A DNA stretch of 64,000 bases from an uncultured bacterium (GCA_963827235.1 CAWHAE010000010.1:128001-192000); one strand, 5' to 3'; counted from the first letter of the stretch, positions 19,985 through 30,699 are shown. A program made the numbers and translations. Notes: generated from the sequence alone by a model not told the origin.

Positions 19985-20983
19985 GTGGCGCCCGAAGCTG
20001 TCGCCTTCGCGGATGTGCTGCGCCGCCATCGCACCGCTGCGGGCCTGACGCGGGAGGAGCTTGCGGAACCTGCAGGACTGAGCCCGTGTGGACTGCTCTT
20101 TCTTGAGCGCGGCGGTCGGCACCTGTACCGATACACGGTGCGGCGCTTGGGGCAGGCCTGGGGCCTCACAGCGCCGCAGCTGGACTTGCTAGCTGCGGCG
20201 GCCCGCGCGGGCAGAATGCCGGCACTTGCGATGAACTCACTATCCGCGTCCGCACTCCGGCGACCTCGCAGCCGCCCGCTCCTGCCCTGACGAGGTACTA
20301 CCGTTGTTTGAGCGCCCAGGTATTCGCGATGGCGTGACGGCGATGATGATTGGTGCGTCGTACCTGTGGAGCGGCATGGCGGCCCTGCGGCTGGGAGACT
20401 TCACCCGTACCGGAGGACGGCGGACCTCACATACAGCCCGCAATCGACGCAGGCCGCCGGGGACCGGTTCTTCGCCAATCTGACACTCGATACCCTGGCG
20501 CTACTGGCGAAGGCTCACGGAGCCTTGACCGGCGCGCGTGCCTACCTCGGACAGGCGTTGACCGGCGCCGGAGCCCTGGGTGATCAGTATGGCCTTACTA
20601 TCGTCCTCTGCACCTTGGGGGACGTCGCACGGATGGCCGGCCAGTTGCGCGATGCGCAATCGTATTACGCTGAGGCGCTTCGTGGCGTGGTTCACATGGG
20701 ACATGTGCGAGTCTGCGAAGCGGTGCTGTGCGGCCTGGCAGAGCTGGCCATGACGCGCGGTTAAGCTATGTACGCATTGCGCCTAGCCGGCGCGAGCAGC
20801 GCGGTGGTGCGACGCCGGGCGCGGAAGCGCGTGAACGGATGGAGCGGGTCGAAAGCTCCGCACGCACAGCGCTCCTGCCCCATGAGCAGGTGCGGGCCTG
20901 GTCGGCAGGACAAACGACGCCGCCGCAGCACATCCTCGCCGACGAGCTGCGGGCGGCGGACGACGCGGCCTTCTGGCCATGAT
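19985..20983 (+). pseudogene. Internally deleted, decayed paralog of the XRE-STAND-TPR regulator at 24228-26816
   Basis: XRE HTH (FADVLRRHRTAAGLTREELAE) joined to TPR tail (MIGASYLWSGMAALRLGD, GHVRVC..VLCGLAELAM) shared with the intact gene; ATPase absent; stop and frameshifts. Confidence 0.85.
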
Positions 20984-21104
20984 CATGGTTCCCCTGCAAC
21001 TTTCGAAGCGCACGCCGGCTATTGCGTCGCCACGGTGATACCGTACGTGACGACTCGCTGGCGTAGTCCGCGGTGGCGGGAGCGTGGCCCAACAGCACGC
21101 ACGA

Positions 21105-21164
21105 CTATGTAGGCAACTGTGCGGGCAACTGTTCATGGGCAGCGCAGCCAGACCGGCGCATACT
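21105..21164 (+). promoter_or_regulatory. Promoter B: three phased boxes + TGGGCA-N17-CATACT
   Basis: CTATGT 21105, CTGTGC 21117, CTGTTC 21129, TGGGCA 21136, CATACT 21159. Confidence 0.6.
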
Positions 21165-21269
21165 GCTGCTATGGCTGATGTGCGACGAGTACCCCACATC
21201 CCGCAAGTATCGGTGCGCACGTGAGAGCGGTACGAGCCACCTGGTTCTCCCTCTGACACAGCAACGTGA

Positions 21270-21770
21270 ATGCAGGAGACGATGATGACACAGAGCGGAT
21301 TGAAGCGACTGGCGGCTCTCATGTTACTCGGTCTCGGTGGGTTTGGCGCCTTCGCATCCGGTGGTGACGCGTCTGCCTGGCCCACGGTCGCCCCCGCGAG
21401 GTACGTCCTGCGTGGTACGGGCTTGTTCAGCAGGTCAGTGGCCTTGGCGAGCGTGATCCGCGTCTCGGGTGACCAGTTCCGCCTGTCGCTGAGCGCCGAG
21501 CACTTACCGCCGCCCGCAAGCCTGCATGCAAAGTTTGCGCGCCGCGCCTACGTTGCCTGGCTGGTGAATGGCGTGGTGATGCACGGTCCGATGCGCTTGG
21601 CTGCAGTAGGCCTGGCATCGAGCCGGGATTGCGGGAGCTATGCGGGCCAGGGCACTGTGCGCATCGGCGGGGTCACGTCGGTGATCATCACTGCCGAGCC
21701 TACCGCGCAGGCGGAGATGCCGATTCTGCCGGCACTGACTGTGTTGGCGAGTGCCAACCACCAGATGTGA
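21270..21770 (+). CDS. Secreted protein, possibly RskA-C-like beta-sandwich
   Basis: Signal peptide (KRLAALMLLGLGG..ASA); YVAWLV and VIITAEP motifs resemble the anti-sigma-K C-terminal domain. Confidence 0.55.
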   Translation: MQETMMTQSGLKRLAALMLLGLGGFGAFASGGDASAWPTVAPARYVLRGTGLFSRSVALASVIRVSGDQFRLSLSAEHLPPPASLHAKFARRAYVAWLVNGVVMHGPMRLAAVGLASSRDCGSYAGQGTVRIGGVTSVIITAEPTAQAEMPILPALTVLASANHQM

Positions 21771-21913
21771 GGGCAGGAACGGAGAGCGCCAGGCCGCACA
21801 CCTGTCCGTCCTCTGACCTGGACTGGAGAGCGGGTATGCCAGAGATGGCGTATTCTCCGGCAGCCGGACTACGCGAGGCATTCGGTAATCAGCTACAGGA
21901 GGAGACGGCGTAG

Positions 21914-23473
21914 ATGACCGCATATGATTACATCGTCGTGGGCGCGGGCTCGGCGGGCGCTGCGCTGGCCGCGCGCTTGTCCGAGAACCCAACCCGGCAG
22001 GTGCTCGTGCTGGAGGCCGGCCCTGACTTTCGCTCCGCCGATGCGCCGGAGGAGATGCACAGGCTCAACCCGAGCGCTCTACTGCGCAACGAGGAACTTG
22101 CCGCTCGCTACCTGTACCCGGAGCTGCGCGCCCGGCGCACGGCCGTGCAGGAGTCCCTACCGTACTGGCGTGGGCGCGGCATGGGTGGCAGCTCGGCGAT
22201 CAACGCCCAGTTCGCGATTCGGGGCCTGCCCGAGGACTTCGACGCTTGGGCGGCACAGGGCTGCACGGGCTGGTCCGCCCAAGATGTGTTGCCGGCATTC
22301 ATCCGCCTGGAAGACGACCTCGACTATGGCGATGCCCCCTACCACGGGCGCGGCGGTCCTATCCCTGTCGTGCGGCCACGTCGCAAGACGTGGGGTGCGG
22401 CGGGCAATGCCCGTTGCGAGGCAGCGCTGGCAATGGGCTACGGCTGGGCGGACGACCATAACGCCCCCGGCACTACCGGCGTCTCGCCGTTCGCCATAAA
22501 CCGCCGCGCCGGGCGGCGTGTCTCCACCAACGACGGCTACCTGGAGCCGGCGCGCGACCGGCGAAACCTGCACATTCGCGGCAATGCCCTGGTCGACCGC
22601 GTGCTGTTCGCCGGCCGGTGCGCTCGCGGGGTACGTGTGCGCCTGGACGGGCTGTGGACCGAGGTGGAGGGCGGGGAGGTGATGCTCTGCGCCGGCGCCG
22701 TGCACTCGCCGGCCATCTTGCTGCGTTCCGGTGTGGGGCCGCCGGCGCCGCTGCGCGACCTGGCCATCCCCCTGGTCCAGGCGGCTCCCGTGGGCGAGAA
22801 CCTGATGGATCACGCCCTTATCGGAATGAGGCTGACCTTCCGGCCGGAAGCGCGCGCCACGGAGGTGGACATCCGGCACGATAATTGCATTGTGCGCTAC
22901 AGCTCCGGACTGGCCGGGGCTGGGCGCAACGACATGGTCATCCTCGGGACGAACCTGCTTGGGTACACCGAAGAAGGCCTGGCGTATGGATACCTGTTGG
23001 TCTCTCCTTTCCAGACGTTTTCACGCGGCAGTCTGCGGCTAGCCTCGCGGGACCCGGAGGTTGACCCGACGATCGAGCTGGGTATGCTGTCGGACGAGCG
23101 CGACTTGGTGCGCATGCGCGACGGCATGCGTCGCTTGCAGGACATGTTGCGGCACCCGGCCATGGCGGCCATAGCCGAGCACGCGGTGATCGACGCGGAG
23201 GGTCACACCCCGGCGGACATCGAAGAGCAGGCGCGGCTCGACGCGTGGATGCTGGCCATCTCTGGCGATGCACAACATCCCGTGGGCACCTGCCGCATGG
23301 GTGCGCCGGGCGACCCACGCTCGGTCGTAGACCCCGCTTGTAGCGTACTGGGCCTGGAGGGCCTGCGTGTCGTTGACGCGTCAATCATGCCCGAGGTGCC
23401 CCGGGCGAACACGCATCTCACCTGTGTGATGATTGGCGAGCACGTCGCGGCCCGCCTCCTGCAGAACCGATGA
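21914..23473 (+). CDS. GMC family FAD oxidoreductase
   Basis: VVGAGSAG, RGRGMGGSSAIN, HPVGTCRMG, LRVVDASIMP, ANT. Confidence 0.93.
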   Translation: MTAYDYIVVGAGSAGAALAARLSENPTRQVLVLEAGPDFRSADAPEEMHRLNPSALLRNEELAARYLYPELRARRTAVQESLPYWRGRGMGGSSAINAQFAIRGLPEDFDAWAAQGCTGWSAQDVLPAFIRLEDDLDYGDAPYHGRGGPIPVVRPRRKTWGAAGNARCEAALAMGYGWADDHNAPGTTGVSPFAINRRAGRRVSTNDGYLEPARDRRNLHIRGNALVDRVLFAGRCARGVRVRLDGLWTEVEGGEVMLCAGAVHSPAILLRSGVGPPAPLRDLAIPLVQAAPVGENLMDHALIGMRLTFRPEARATEVDIRHDNCIVRYSSGLAGAGRNDMVILGTNLLGYTEEGLAYGYLLVSPFQTFSRGSLRLASRDPEVDPTIELGMLSDERDLVRMRDGMRRLQDMLRHPAMAAIAEHAVIDAEGHTPADIEEQARLDAWMLAISGDAQHPVGTCRMGAPGDPRSVVDPACSVLGLEGLRVVDASIMPEVPRANTHLTCVMIGEHVAARLLQNR

Positions 23474-23684
23474 TGCTGTGATGAGACACGAGCATGAACA
23501 GGCTGTGTGGCGAGAATGGTCGTATCACCCACCTAACTCCTGCTCTGCGGGCACGCTGAGAGCGACTGCGCGTCGCGATTTGATAGCTACGACGTGTTAG
23601 GCGCTGAGATTGTATCGTGGCTGGTAGCCCCCTTGCGAGGCTCAGCGAGTCGCTCTCGGGGACAGAAAGAGAAAGGAACCGTCC

Positions 23685-24014
23685 ATGGCACACTACCTGG
23701 TCCAACTCGCCTACACCCCGCAAGCCTGGGCAGCCCAGATCAAGAACCCCCAGGACCGGACCGCCGTTGTGCGCCCACTCTTCGACAAGCTGGGGGCACG
23801 CATCGTCACCTCGTACGTGGCCTTTGGCGAATACGACATCGTGCTCATCATGGAGGCGCCGGACAATATCAGTGCGGCGGCTATAGCCCTGGCGATTACG
23901 GCAGGTGGTGCGGTGAAGGCGTATGAGACCACGCCGCTGATGAGTCCAGAAGACGGGTTGGAGGCGATGCGCAAAGCCGCTGCAGCGGCCTCGGCGTACC
24001 CACCGCCGGCATAG
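23685..24014 (+). CDS. GYD domain protein
   Basis: FGEYD motif, 109 aa, ETTPL. Confidence 0.85.
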   Translation: MAHYLVQLAYTPQAWAAQIKNPQDRTAVVRPLFDKLGARIVTSYVAFGEYDIVLIMEAPDNISAAAIALAITAGGAVKAYETTPLMSPEDGLEAMRKAAAAASAYPPPA

Positions 24015-24227
24015 CCGCTCGGCGCGCTTCTCTTCTTTCTTCTTGAAGCCTACCGCGCGGGCCCCCGGCAGCGGCGCTGCCACATGGCCGCACCGGGAGC
24101 GCCCGCCCGTGCCCGCGACGCCGCTCGACCACCGCTACCACACCCTGCGTCAGGACGTGCGGATCCTGTTTGCCGATCTCGGCCTGGCGTGATGAACAAC
24201 TATTTGCCGATATGAGGTAGCAAGCGC

Positions 24228-26816
24228 CTAGAACAAGACTGCAGCGTTTCCCACCGCGTGTAGCTCGTCGGCGAGCACGTCTTGCAGCGTCGCCAACTGG
24301 CCTGCGGTCCAGGCACGTGTCTGCTCGTGGGGCGGGAGCGCCCGGCGTGCGGCGCTCTCGACGCGCTCCAGGCGTTCGCTCGCACCTCCACTGGCCGTCG
24401 CGCCAGCCGTCCTGGCCACCGCACCGCTTGCGCTTGCGAGGCGCAGTGCCGACGCGGCATCGCCGCGCGCCATGGCCAGCTCTGCCAGACCACACAGCAC
24501 CAGATCGCAGACGCGCACGTGTCCAAGCTGCACCACGCCACGAAGGGCCTCCACGTAGTATGCTTTGGCTTCGCGCTCGTGGCCGGCTATTCGCGCCACG
24601 TCTCCGAGGGAGCAGAGAATGATAGTGAGGTTGAACTGATCACCCAGGGCCTCGGCACCCGTCAGGGCCTGTTCGAGGTAAGCGCGCGCGCCGGCCAGGT
24701 CACCGCGCGCCTGTGCCAGGCGGGCCAGTGCTTCCAGCGCCAGATTGGCGAAGAAGCGGTCGCCCACAGCCTGGGTCGCCGCCAAGCTGTATGCGAGCTC
24801 GTCGGCTGCGCCGGCAAGATCGCCCAGACGCAGAGCTGCCATGCCGCTCCACAGGTACGAGGCACCAATCATCGTCGCATTGAGGCCGTCCCGATCGCCT
24901 GCCTGCTCAAATAGAGGCAGCAGCTCGTCCCGGCAGGAGCGGACCGTCGCCAGGTCGCCCGAGCCCGGCCGCGGGTAACAGGCGCGAATGTAAGCCAGTA
25001 CATCGAGTCCGGCTGCCAGGTTCCAGGGATCGTCCAGCTCGCGAAAGATCGCCACGCATTCCTCGCCACGTACATGCGCCAGCGGCGTGTTGCCCGAGTT
25101 CCCGACCAGTGCAGACGCCGTAAAGAGCGCCCAAGCCCGCGCCGCAGTGCGCGCCGCTGCCGGCCCCGTCTGCAGTAGCTGCTCCAGCCACATCAGGCCC
25201 TCATGCATGCTGGCGCGGAGCAGCCAGAACTGGGAGAGGCGGCCGGCGATGTACAGGCCCCGCTCGCCCGCCTCCGCGTCGCCCGCCTGGCTTCGCTCCA
25301 CGCAGTAGGCGAGGGCCAGGCGCAGGTTGCCCAGCTCGCGCTCGAATCGGTCCAGCCAGACGAGCTGCCCAGCCCGCCAGAAGTGGGGCGTTGCCTCTTC
25401 GGCCAGATCCAGGAAGTAGCTCATGTGCCGGCAGCGCACGCGTTCTGTCTCCCCCGCGTCCGCCAGTCGTTCGCGACCATACTCACGAATGGTGTCCAGC
25501 ATCCCGTACCGCGCTTCTAGCTGCGGGTCGCCGCCGGGCACCGCGTCGATGCGGTGCACGAGATGCATGTCCACCAGCGTGCTCAACTCCTCCAGCGACG
25601 CCTCCTGCGGTGGCCCGCCGTCGGTCGAGCATACTGCTGTGGCTGCCGCCAACGTGAAGCCTTCTGCGAGCACGGCGAGTCGCCGGAACATCGCCTGGGC
25701 TGCCGGCGACAACAACCGGTAGCTCCACTCGATCGTGGTCCGCAGCGTCCGGTGCCGCGCCGGCACGTCGCGCGGTCCCGAGATCAGCACACGCAACGGT
25801 TGCGCCAGCTGAGCCGCCAGCGCCTCCGGTGGCAGTTCGCGCACGCGCGCTGCAGCCAATTCGATGGCCAGCGGCAGACCATCCAGCCGTACGCAAATTG
25901 CAGCGATTGCCGCCGCGTTCGCAGCGTTCAGCGTAAAGCCGCTCTCCATCGCCCGCGCACGCTGCACGAAGAGGCTCACGGCTGGTATATGCAACAGGCC
26001 ATCGGCTTCGGGCCGCCCGCTCAGGGTGGGCAGTGCCAGCGGCCTCACGTCGAACAGCCTCTCGCCGCGCACACGCAGTGCTGCTCGGCTGGTCACCAGC
26101 ACCCGCAGCCCTGGGCACGCCGAGCGCAGTCCAGCCACCTCTGCCGCCGCGTCCAGCACATGCTCGAAGTTGTCCAGGACCATCATCAGCCGCTTGTGCT
26201 GCAGGAAGGTTGTCAGTGTGGCGCTCAGCGGCTGGCCGCCACGGTCGCTGAGTTCCAGGGCTTGTGCGATGGTGAGCAGCACCAGGCTCGTGTCTGCCAG
26301 TGGCGCCAGCGAGACGAAGACCACGCCGTCGGCAAACTGCCTGCGTACCTGCGCGGCGACCTCCAATGCCAGGCGCGTCTTGCCAACCCCACCTGGTCCG
26401 GTCAAGGTCAGGATCTGCAGGTCGTCGTGCTGAAGCAGCGCTGTTGCCGCCGCCAGCTCTCGCTCACGCCCCAGCAAGCTGGTAGGCGGCGTGGGAAGCC
26501 GGTACGGCGAATCGTCCGGCATTTGCTGGGTGCTGTGCTGCTCGCCCGCGGCACTTTGCGATGACGTGGAGGTTGCCGGCGGTACGCGGCGCCAGCGGGC
26601 CGCCGCCGCCAGTACCTCCTGTTGCTGCGGCGTGAGGCGCAGGGCCTGTCCCAGACGTCGCACCGTGTCTCGGTAGGGCTGCCGGGCACCGCGTTCCAGA
26701 TACAGCACACCACGCGGGCTAAGTCCAGCGCGCTCGGCCAGCTCCTCCTGCGTCAGACCCAGGGCCGTGCGTCGGCCGCGCAGCAGATCCGCGAACGACG
26801 GGGATTCGGGATCCAC
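24228..26816 (-). CDS. XRE-HTH + STAND (NB-ARC-like) ATPase + TPR transcriptional regulator
   Basis: GLTQEELAERAGLS, LLGRERE, LTGPGGVGKT, VLDNFEH, LDGLPLAIELAAAR, TPR-like C-terminus; GTG start inferred. Confidence 0.9.
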   Translation of the reverse strand: MDPESPSFADLLRGRRTALGLTQEELAERAGLSPRGVLYLERGARQPYRDTVRRLGQALRLTPQQQEVLAAAARWRRVPPATSTSSQSAAGEQHSTQQMPDDSPYRLPTPPTSLLGRERELAAATALLQHDDLQILTLTGPGGVGKTRLALEVAAQVRRQFADGVVFVSLAPLADTSLVLLTIAQALELSDRGGQPLSATLTTFLQHKRLMMVLDNFEHVLDAAAEVAGLRSACPGLRVLVTSRAALRVRGERLFDVRPLALPTLSGRPEADGLLHIPAVSLFVQRARAMESGFTLNAANAAAIAAICVRLDGLPLAIELAAARVRELPPEALAAQLAQPLRVLISGPRDVPARHRTLRTTIEWSYRLLSPAAQAMFRRLAVLAEGFTLAAATAVCSTDGGPPQEASLEELSTLVDMHLVHRIDAVPGGDPQLEARYGMLDTIREYGRERLADAGETERVRCRHMSYFLDLAEEATPHFWRAGQLVWLDRFERELGNLRLALAYCVERSQAGDAEAGERGLYIAGRLSQFWLLRASMHEGLMWLEQLLQTGPAAARTAARAWALFTASALVGNSGNTPLAHVRGEECVAIFRELDDPWNLAAGLDVLAYIRACYPRPGSGDLATVRSCRDELLPLFEQAGDRDGLNATMIGASYLWSGMAALRLGDLAGAADELAYSLAATQAVGDRFFANLALEALARLAQARGDLAGARAYLEQALTGAEALGDQFNLTIILCSLGDVARIAGHEREAKAYYVEALRGVVQLGHVRVCDLVLCGLAELAMARGDAASALRLASASGAVARTAGATASGGASERLERVESAARRALPPHEQTRAWTAGQLATLQDVLADELHAVGNAAVLF

Positions 26817-27111
26817 ACCATCCTTCACTTCTAGTGCTCTGCTCCGCCGCCTTGGTTTGATATGTGCGACCCTGGGGTATGGGAAAAGCACCAAGCCGCC
26901 TGATTCATACACTACGCACTGCGGCGATGCCTTCCGCGCAGGACGGGTGCGAAGCGAACTTGAGCACAGCATAGCAGGTTCCACCGGAGCGGAACGAGGG
27001 GACGACAGCACGGCAGCGCGGCGCATGGAGTCGAGCAATGATCTCTTCGGTTGGCGACGACGATGGCCCGGTGGTCATGGCGCCTGCCCCTTCTCACGCC
27101 AGCCGCCGGGG

Positions 27112-27455
27112 ACGTGGCAGCCTCGCTGGTGAACGAGAACAAGGTTCTGGCCTATCCGGCCAGCGCGGACTCCATTCCGACATCGGCGGGGACAGAAGAT
27201 TTCAACAGCATGGGAGCCACCTCGGCATGGAAGGCTCGACGCGTGCTGCACAACGCCCTGCGCGTGGTGGCGATCGAGACGCTGTGCGCGGCGCAGGCGC
27301 TGGAGTGCCGCCGGCCTCTGTCGAGCGGCCAGCCGATCGAGGAGGCCGTGCGGCGCGTGCGAACGCTGGTGCCACGTCTGCAGGAAGACCGGTCGCTGGG
27401 GGCGGAGATCGAAACGCTGGCCGAGGCCATACGTGGCGGCCTGCTCGAGGTCTAG
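27112..27455 (+). pseudogene. hutH: 3' fragment of hutH (duplicate)
   Basis: VAASLVNENK...GGLLEV identical to hutH C-terminus except one H>R change. Confidence 0.9.
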
Positions 27456-28132
27456 CTGCGGCCCGGGCTCAGGGAACCACCAGGGTCTTGAGATTGTCGC
27501 CGCTCTGCGCCGCCTCCATGGCGGCACCGAACTCCGCGAGCGGGAACTCGGCGCTTATCAACGGCTTTACGGTCACCGTGCCGTCCGCCAGGGCACGTAT
27601 CGCCCGGGGGTAGCAGTACGGTCCCAGGTGGCTGCCATGGATGTTCAGCTCGCGCTGGTCACCCACCAGGTTCCAGTCGATGGTCACCGGCTCGCCCATC
27701 ACGCTGAAGGCCACCACGGTGCCCAGGCGCCGGATCATGGCCAGGCCCTGCTGCGGGCCCCTGGCACTGCCCGTGGCTTCGATATAGACGTCGCAGCCGT
27801 AGCCCTCGGTGAGCCGGCGCACGCACGCAGGCGCGTCTTCTTCCAGCGGATTGATCACCACGTCCGCTCCCAGCTGGGAGGCCAGGTTCAGCCTGTACGG
27901 CTTGACATCGACGGCGATGAGCTGGCCCGGGTTGAATTGGCGGGCAGCCTGCAGCATGCACAGCCCGATGTTTCCGGCACCGGCAAGCACCACGGTGTCG
28001 CCGGGAGCGATCTCAGCGCGGTCCACGGCATGGATCGCGCAGGCCAGCGGCTCGATGTAGGCGGCCTCGCGCCGCTCGACGCGAGGGTCGATCTGGTGGA
28101 TCAGGGACCTGGTGGGCAGCAACATGTATTCG
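27112..28132. repeat. 1,021-bp direct repeat, right copy
   Basis: Matches 15955-16975. Confidence 0.95.
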
Positions 28133-28536
28133 GCCATGCCGCCGTTGTACTGCCAGCCGTTGAAGCCGAAGATGTTGTGTACGTGGCACATCCAGTAGCG
28201 GCCACTCTTGCAGAAGCGGCAGGTGCCGCAGGGGATGATCTGCTCGGCGAGCACGTGATCGCCGATCTGGACGCCATGTATCTCGCCCGCCCCTTCACCC
28301 AGCTCGACCACATCGCCCGCGAACTCGTGTCCGGGTACCACGGGCACCTGGACGGCGCCGTTCGGCTGCCAGAACATCGGGGCGCCGGCGAAGCACTTCA
28401 TGTCGCTCGCGCAGATACCGGCCGCGTCGACCTTCAACAGCACCTCACCCGGCCCCGGCTTGGGCCGGGCGATCTCCTCGACGCGGTAGTCACGAGGCCC
28501 ATGACACACGACTGCCAGCATGCTCGGGTTTGCCAT
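27469..28536 (-). CDS. Zn-dependent polyol dehydrogenase, erythritol/L-threitol dehydrogenase-like
   Basis: GICASD, GHEF, CGTCRFC...C, GAGNIG, GSHLGPYCYP; substrate inferred. Confidence 0.85.
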   Translation of the reverse strand: MANPSMLAVVCHGPRDYRVEEIARPKPGPGEVLLKVDAAGICASDMKCFAGAPMFWQPNGAVQVPVVPGHEFAGDVVELGEGAGEIHGVQIGDHVLAEQIIPCGTCRFCKSGRYWMCHVHNIFGFNGWQYNGGMAEYMLLPTRSLIHQIDPRVERREAAYIEPLACAIHAVDRAEIAPGDTVVLAGAGNIGLCMLQAARQFNPGQLIAVDVKPYRLNLASQLGADVVINPLEEDAPACVRRLTEGYGCDVYIEATGSARGPQQGLAMIRRLGTVVAFSVMGEPVTIDWNLVGDQRELNIHGSHLGPYCYPRAIRALADGTVTVKPLISAEFPLAEFGAAMEAAQSGDNLKTLVVP

Positions 28537-28723
28537 TCCTGTGAGCCCTTTCGCTTTTCAGCTCGCCGGCGGCACCAGGGGACTCCCGAGGAGCCGCGTG
28601 CCGCGTGCATGTCTGCAACTCCAGCATAGAGGGTGCGGGCATAGGCGAGGCTGCTATACTGACTGCGCGCGGGCTCGCTCGGGGACGGCGTGCCATGGGA
28701 GGCGACGCGCGCAAGGGGGATGC

Positions 28724-29002
28724 ATGGCCGACGCGCGCGCGGTGCTCACCGTGCTTGGCGTGGACCGGATAGGCATTGTAGCCGGCGTGACGAGCGTTCT
28801 GGCCGAGCTGCAGGTCAACATCGAGGATATACGCATGGCGCTGCTGGGCGACATGTTCACCATGATCGCCATGGTGAACGTCGGCGGCAGCGCGGCGAGC
28901 TTCGGCGACATCCAGGCCGCGCTGAACAGTACCGGGGCCGCGCTCGGCGTGCAGGTTCTGCTGCAACGCGAAGAGACTTTCCGCGTCATGCACCGGGTCT
29001 GA
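28724..29002 (+). CDS. ACT domain protein (UPF0237-like)
   Basis: VLTVLGVDRIGIVA, FTM, F..MHRV end; upstream of DUF711. Confidence 0.85.
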   Translation: MADARAVLTVLGVDRIGIVAGVTSVLAELQVNIEDIRMALLGDMFTMIAMVNVGGSAASFGDIQAALNSTGAALGVQVLLQREETFRVMHRV

Positions 29003-29014
29003 CGGCGGGCAGTC

Positions 29015-30379
29015 ATGATCCCCTATGCCGCGGATGAGATCCTGCAGACCATCCAGATGGTATCCGTCGAGCAGCTGGACGTGCGGACGGTCACGCTCGG
29101 CCTCAACGTGCTCGACTGCGCCGATCCGGATCCGGAGGTCACTGCCAGGCGGCTGTACGAGAAGATCACGCACGCTGCCCAGAACCTGGTGGCCACCGCG
29201 TCGAGCGTGGCAGCCGAACTCGGCGTGCCCATCGCCAACACCAGGATCGCGATCACGCCGATCTCGCTGGTCGGTGCGGCCAACCGGCCCGCCGACTACT
29301 TCGCGCTTGCCACGGCGATGGATCGCGCGGCACGCGAGCTCGGCGTCGACTTCATCGGCGGATGCGGTGGCCTGGTCGCCGGCGGAGAGACTACCGCCGA
29401 CGTGGCATTGATCGACGCACTACCGCGTATCCTGGCGGAGACCGAGCGTGTCTGCGCGTCCTTCGAGGCGGCGTCGTCGCGCGTGGGTATCAACATGGAC
29501 GCCATAGTGCATCTTGCTCACGCTCTCCTGGACGCCTCGCGGCGCACCGCCGCGAGAGATAGTATCGGCTGCGCAAAGCTGGTCGTGTTCGCCAATGCGG
29601 TCGAGGACAATCCCTTCATGGCGGGCGCCTTTCATGGACTCGGGCAGCCCGAGGTCTGTATCAACGTGGGGGTAAGCGGCCCGGGCGTGATTACTCGCGT
29701 TGTGCGCGAGCTGCCCGACGCCGATCTCGGTCGCCTGGCCGACGCCGTCAAGCGCATCGCCTTTAAGGTGACACGGGCGGGTGAGCTCGTCGGGACCTCG
29801 GTGGCATCGCGTCTCGGCATCCCGTTCGGATGTATCGACCTGAGCCTCGCTCCATCGCCCGTGCCCGGCGACAGCGTGGGCGAGGTGCTGGAGGCGATGG
29901 GGCTCGAACGGGCGGGCGTTCCGGGATCGACCACGGCGCTTGCCGTGCTCACCGACGCCGTCAAGCGAGGCGGCGTGATGGCCTCCTCGCGTGTCGGAGG
30001 CCTCTCCGGGGCATTCATCCCGGTTAGCGAGGATACGGCGCTGACCAACGCGGCGGTGGAAGGCCTGCTCAGCGTGGAGAAGCTCGAAGCGCTCACGGCG
30101 GTGTGCTCGGTCGGACTGGACATGATCGCCATTCCCGGATCGACTCCCGTGGAGACGATTGCCGCGCTGATCTCCGACGAGCTGACCATCGGCGTGATGA
30201 ACCACAAGACGGTCGGCGTCCGCCTGATCCCCGTTGCGGGCAAAGAAGCGGGAGAGTGGGCGGAGTTCGGCGGACTGCTGGGCCGATCGCCGATCCTGCC
30301 CGTCCCCGGCGGATCGCCGGCCGCGTTCGTGCGCCGCGGCGGCCGCATTCCAGGACCCATACACGGCCTGAGGAACTAG
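29015..30379 (+). CDS. DUF711/UPF0210 (PFL-like) protein
   Basis: LDVRTVTLG, CAKLVVFANAVEDNPFMAGAFHG, VCSVGLDMIA. Confidence 0.93.
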   Translation: MIPYAADEILQTIQMVSVEQLDVRTVTLGLNVLDCADPDPEVTARRLYEKITHAAQNLVATASSVAAELGVPIANTRIAITPISLVGAANRPADYFALATAMDRAARELGVDFIGGCGGLVAGGETTADVALIDALPRILAETERVCASFEAASSRVGINMDAIVHLAHALLDASRRTAARDSIGCAKLVVFANAVEDNPFMAGAFHGLGQPEVCINVGVSGPGVITRVVRELPDADLGRLADAVKRIAFKVTRAGELVGTSVASRLGIPFGCIDLSLAPSPVPGDSVGEVLEAMGLERAGVPGSTTALAVLTDAVKRGGVMASSRVGGLSGAFIPVSEDTALTNAAVEGLLSVEKLEALTAVCSVGLDMIAIPGSTPVETIAALISDELTIGVMNHKTVGVRLIPVAGKEAGEWAEFGGLLGRSPILPVPGGSPAAFVRRGGRIPGPIHGLRN

Positions 30380-30699
30380 AGGCAGGGCACTACGTGGTGC
30401 ATCCGCGAAGCAGTCCGCGTATCTGATGCCGCGTGCTGAAGCACAGGGAGCCTCGTTTCCTCGCCAGGTCGCGGGTTTTAACCCGCTTTCGCCCACGCAG
30501 AGACCTGTGCCGGGGATACCGGAGACGATCCTATCGCGGAGGAACCGGTCTCATGGGTGTGTTCGTGCGTTGGAGTTATTGCGACTCCAAGCAAGTCTTG
30601 GCCTCGATGCAGAGAGTATTGCTTGGCCGCGGGCACTTGTTCTTGCGCTGGCAATCTATTGCCGGCTTGAGTCTCCGACGTGTGTGCACCATCTGCCTA

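Noticed and set aside
30570-30590. TTGGAGT-N7-ACTCCAA inverted repeat resembling an HspR operator
   Set aside because: Differs from the consensus and has no credible downstream target gene
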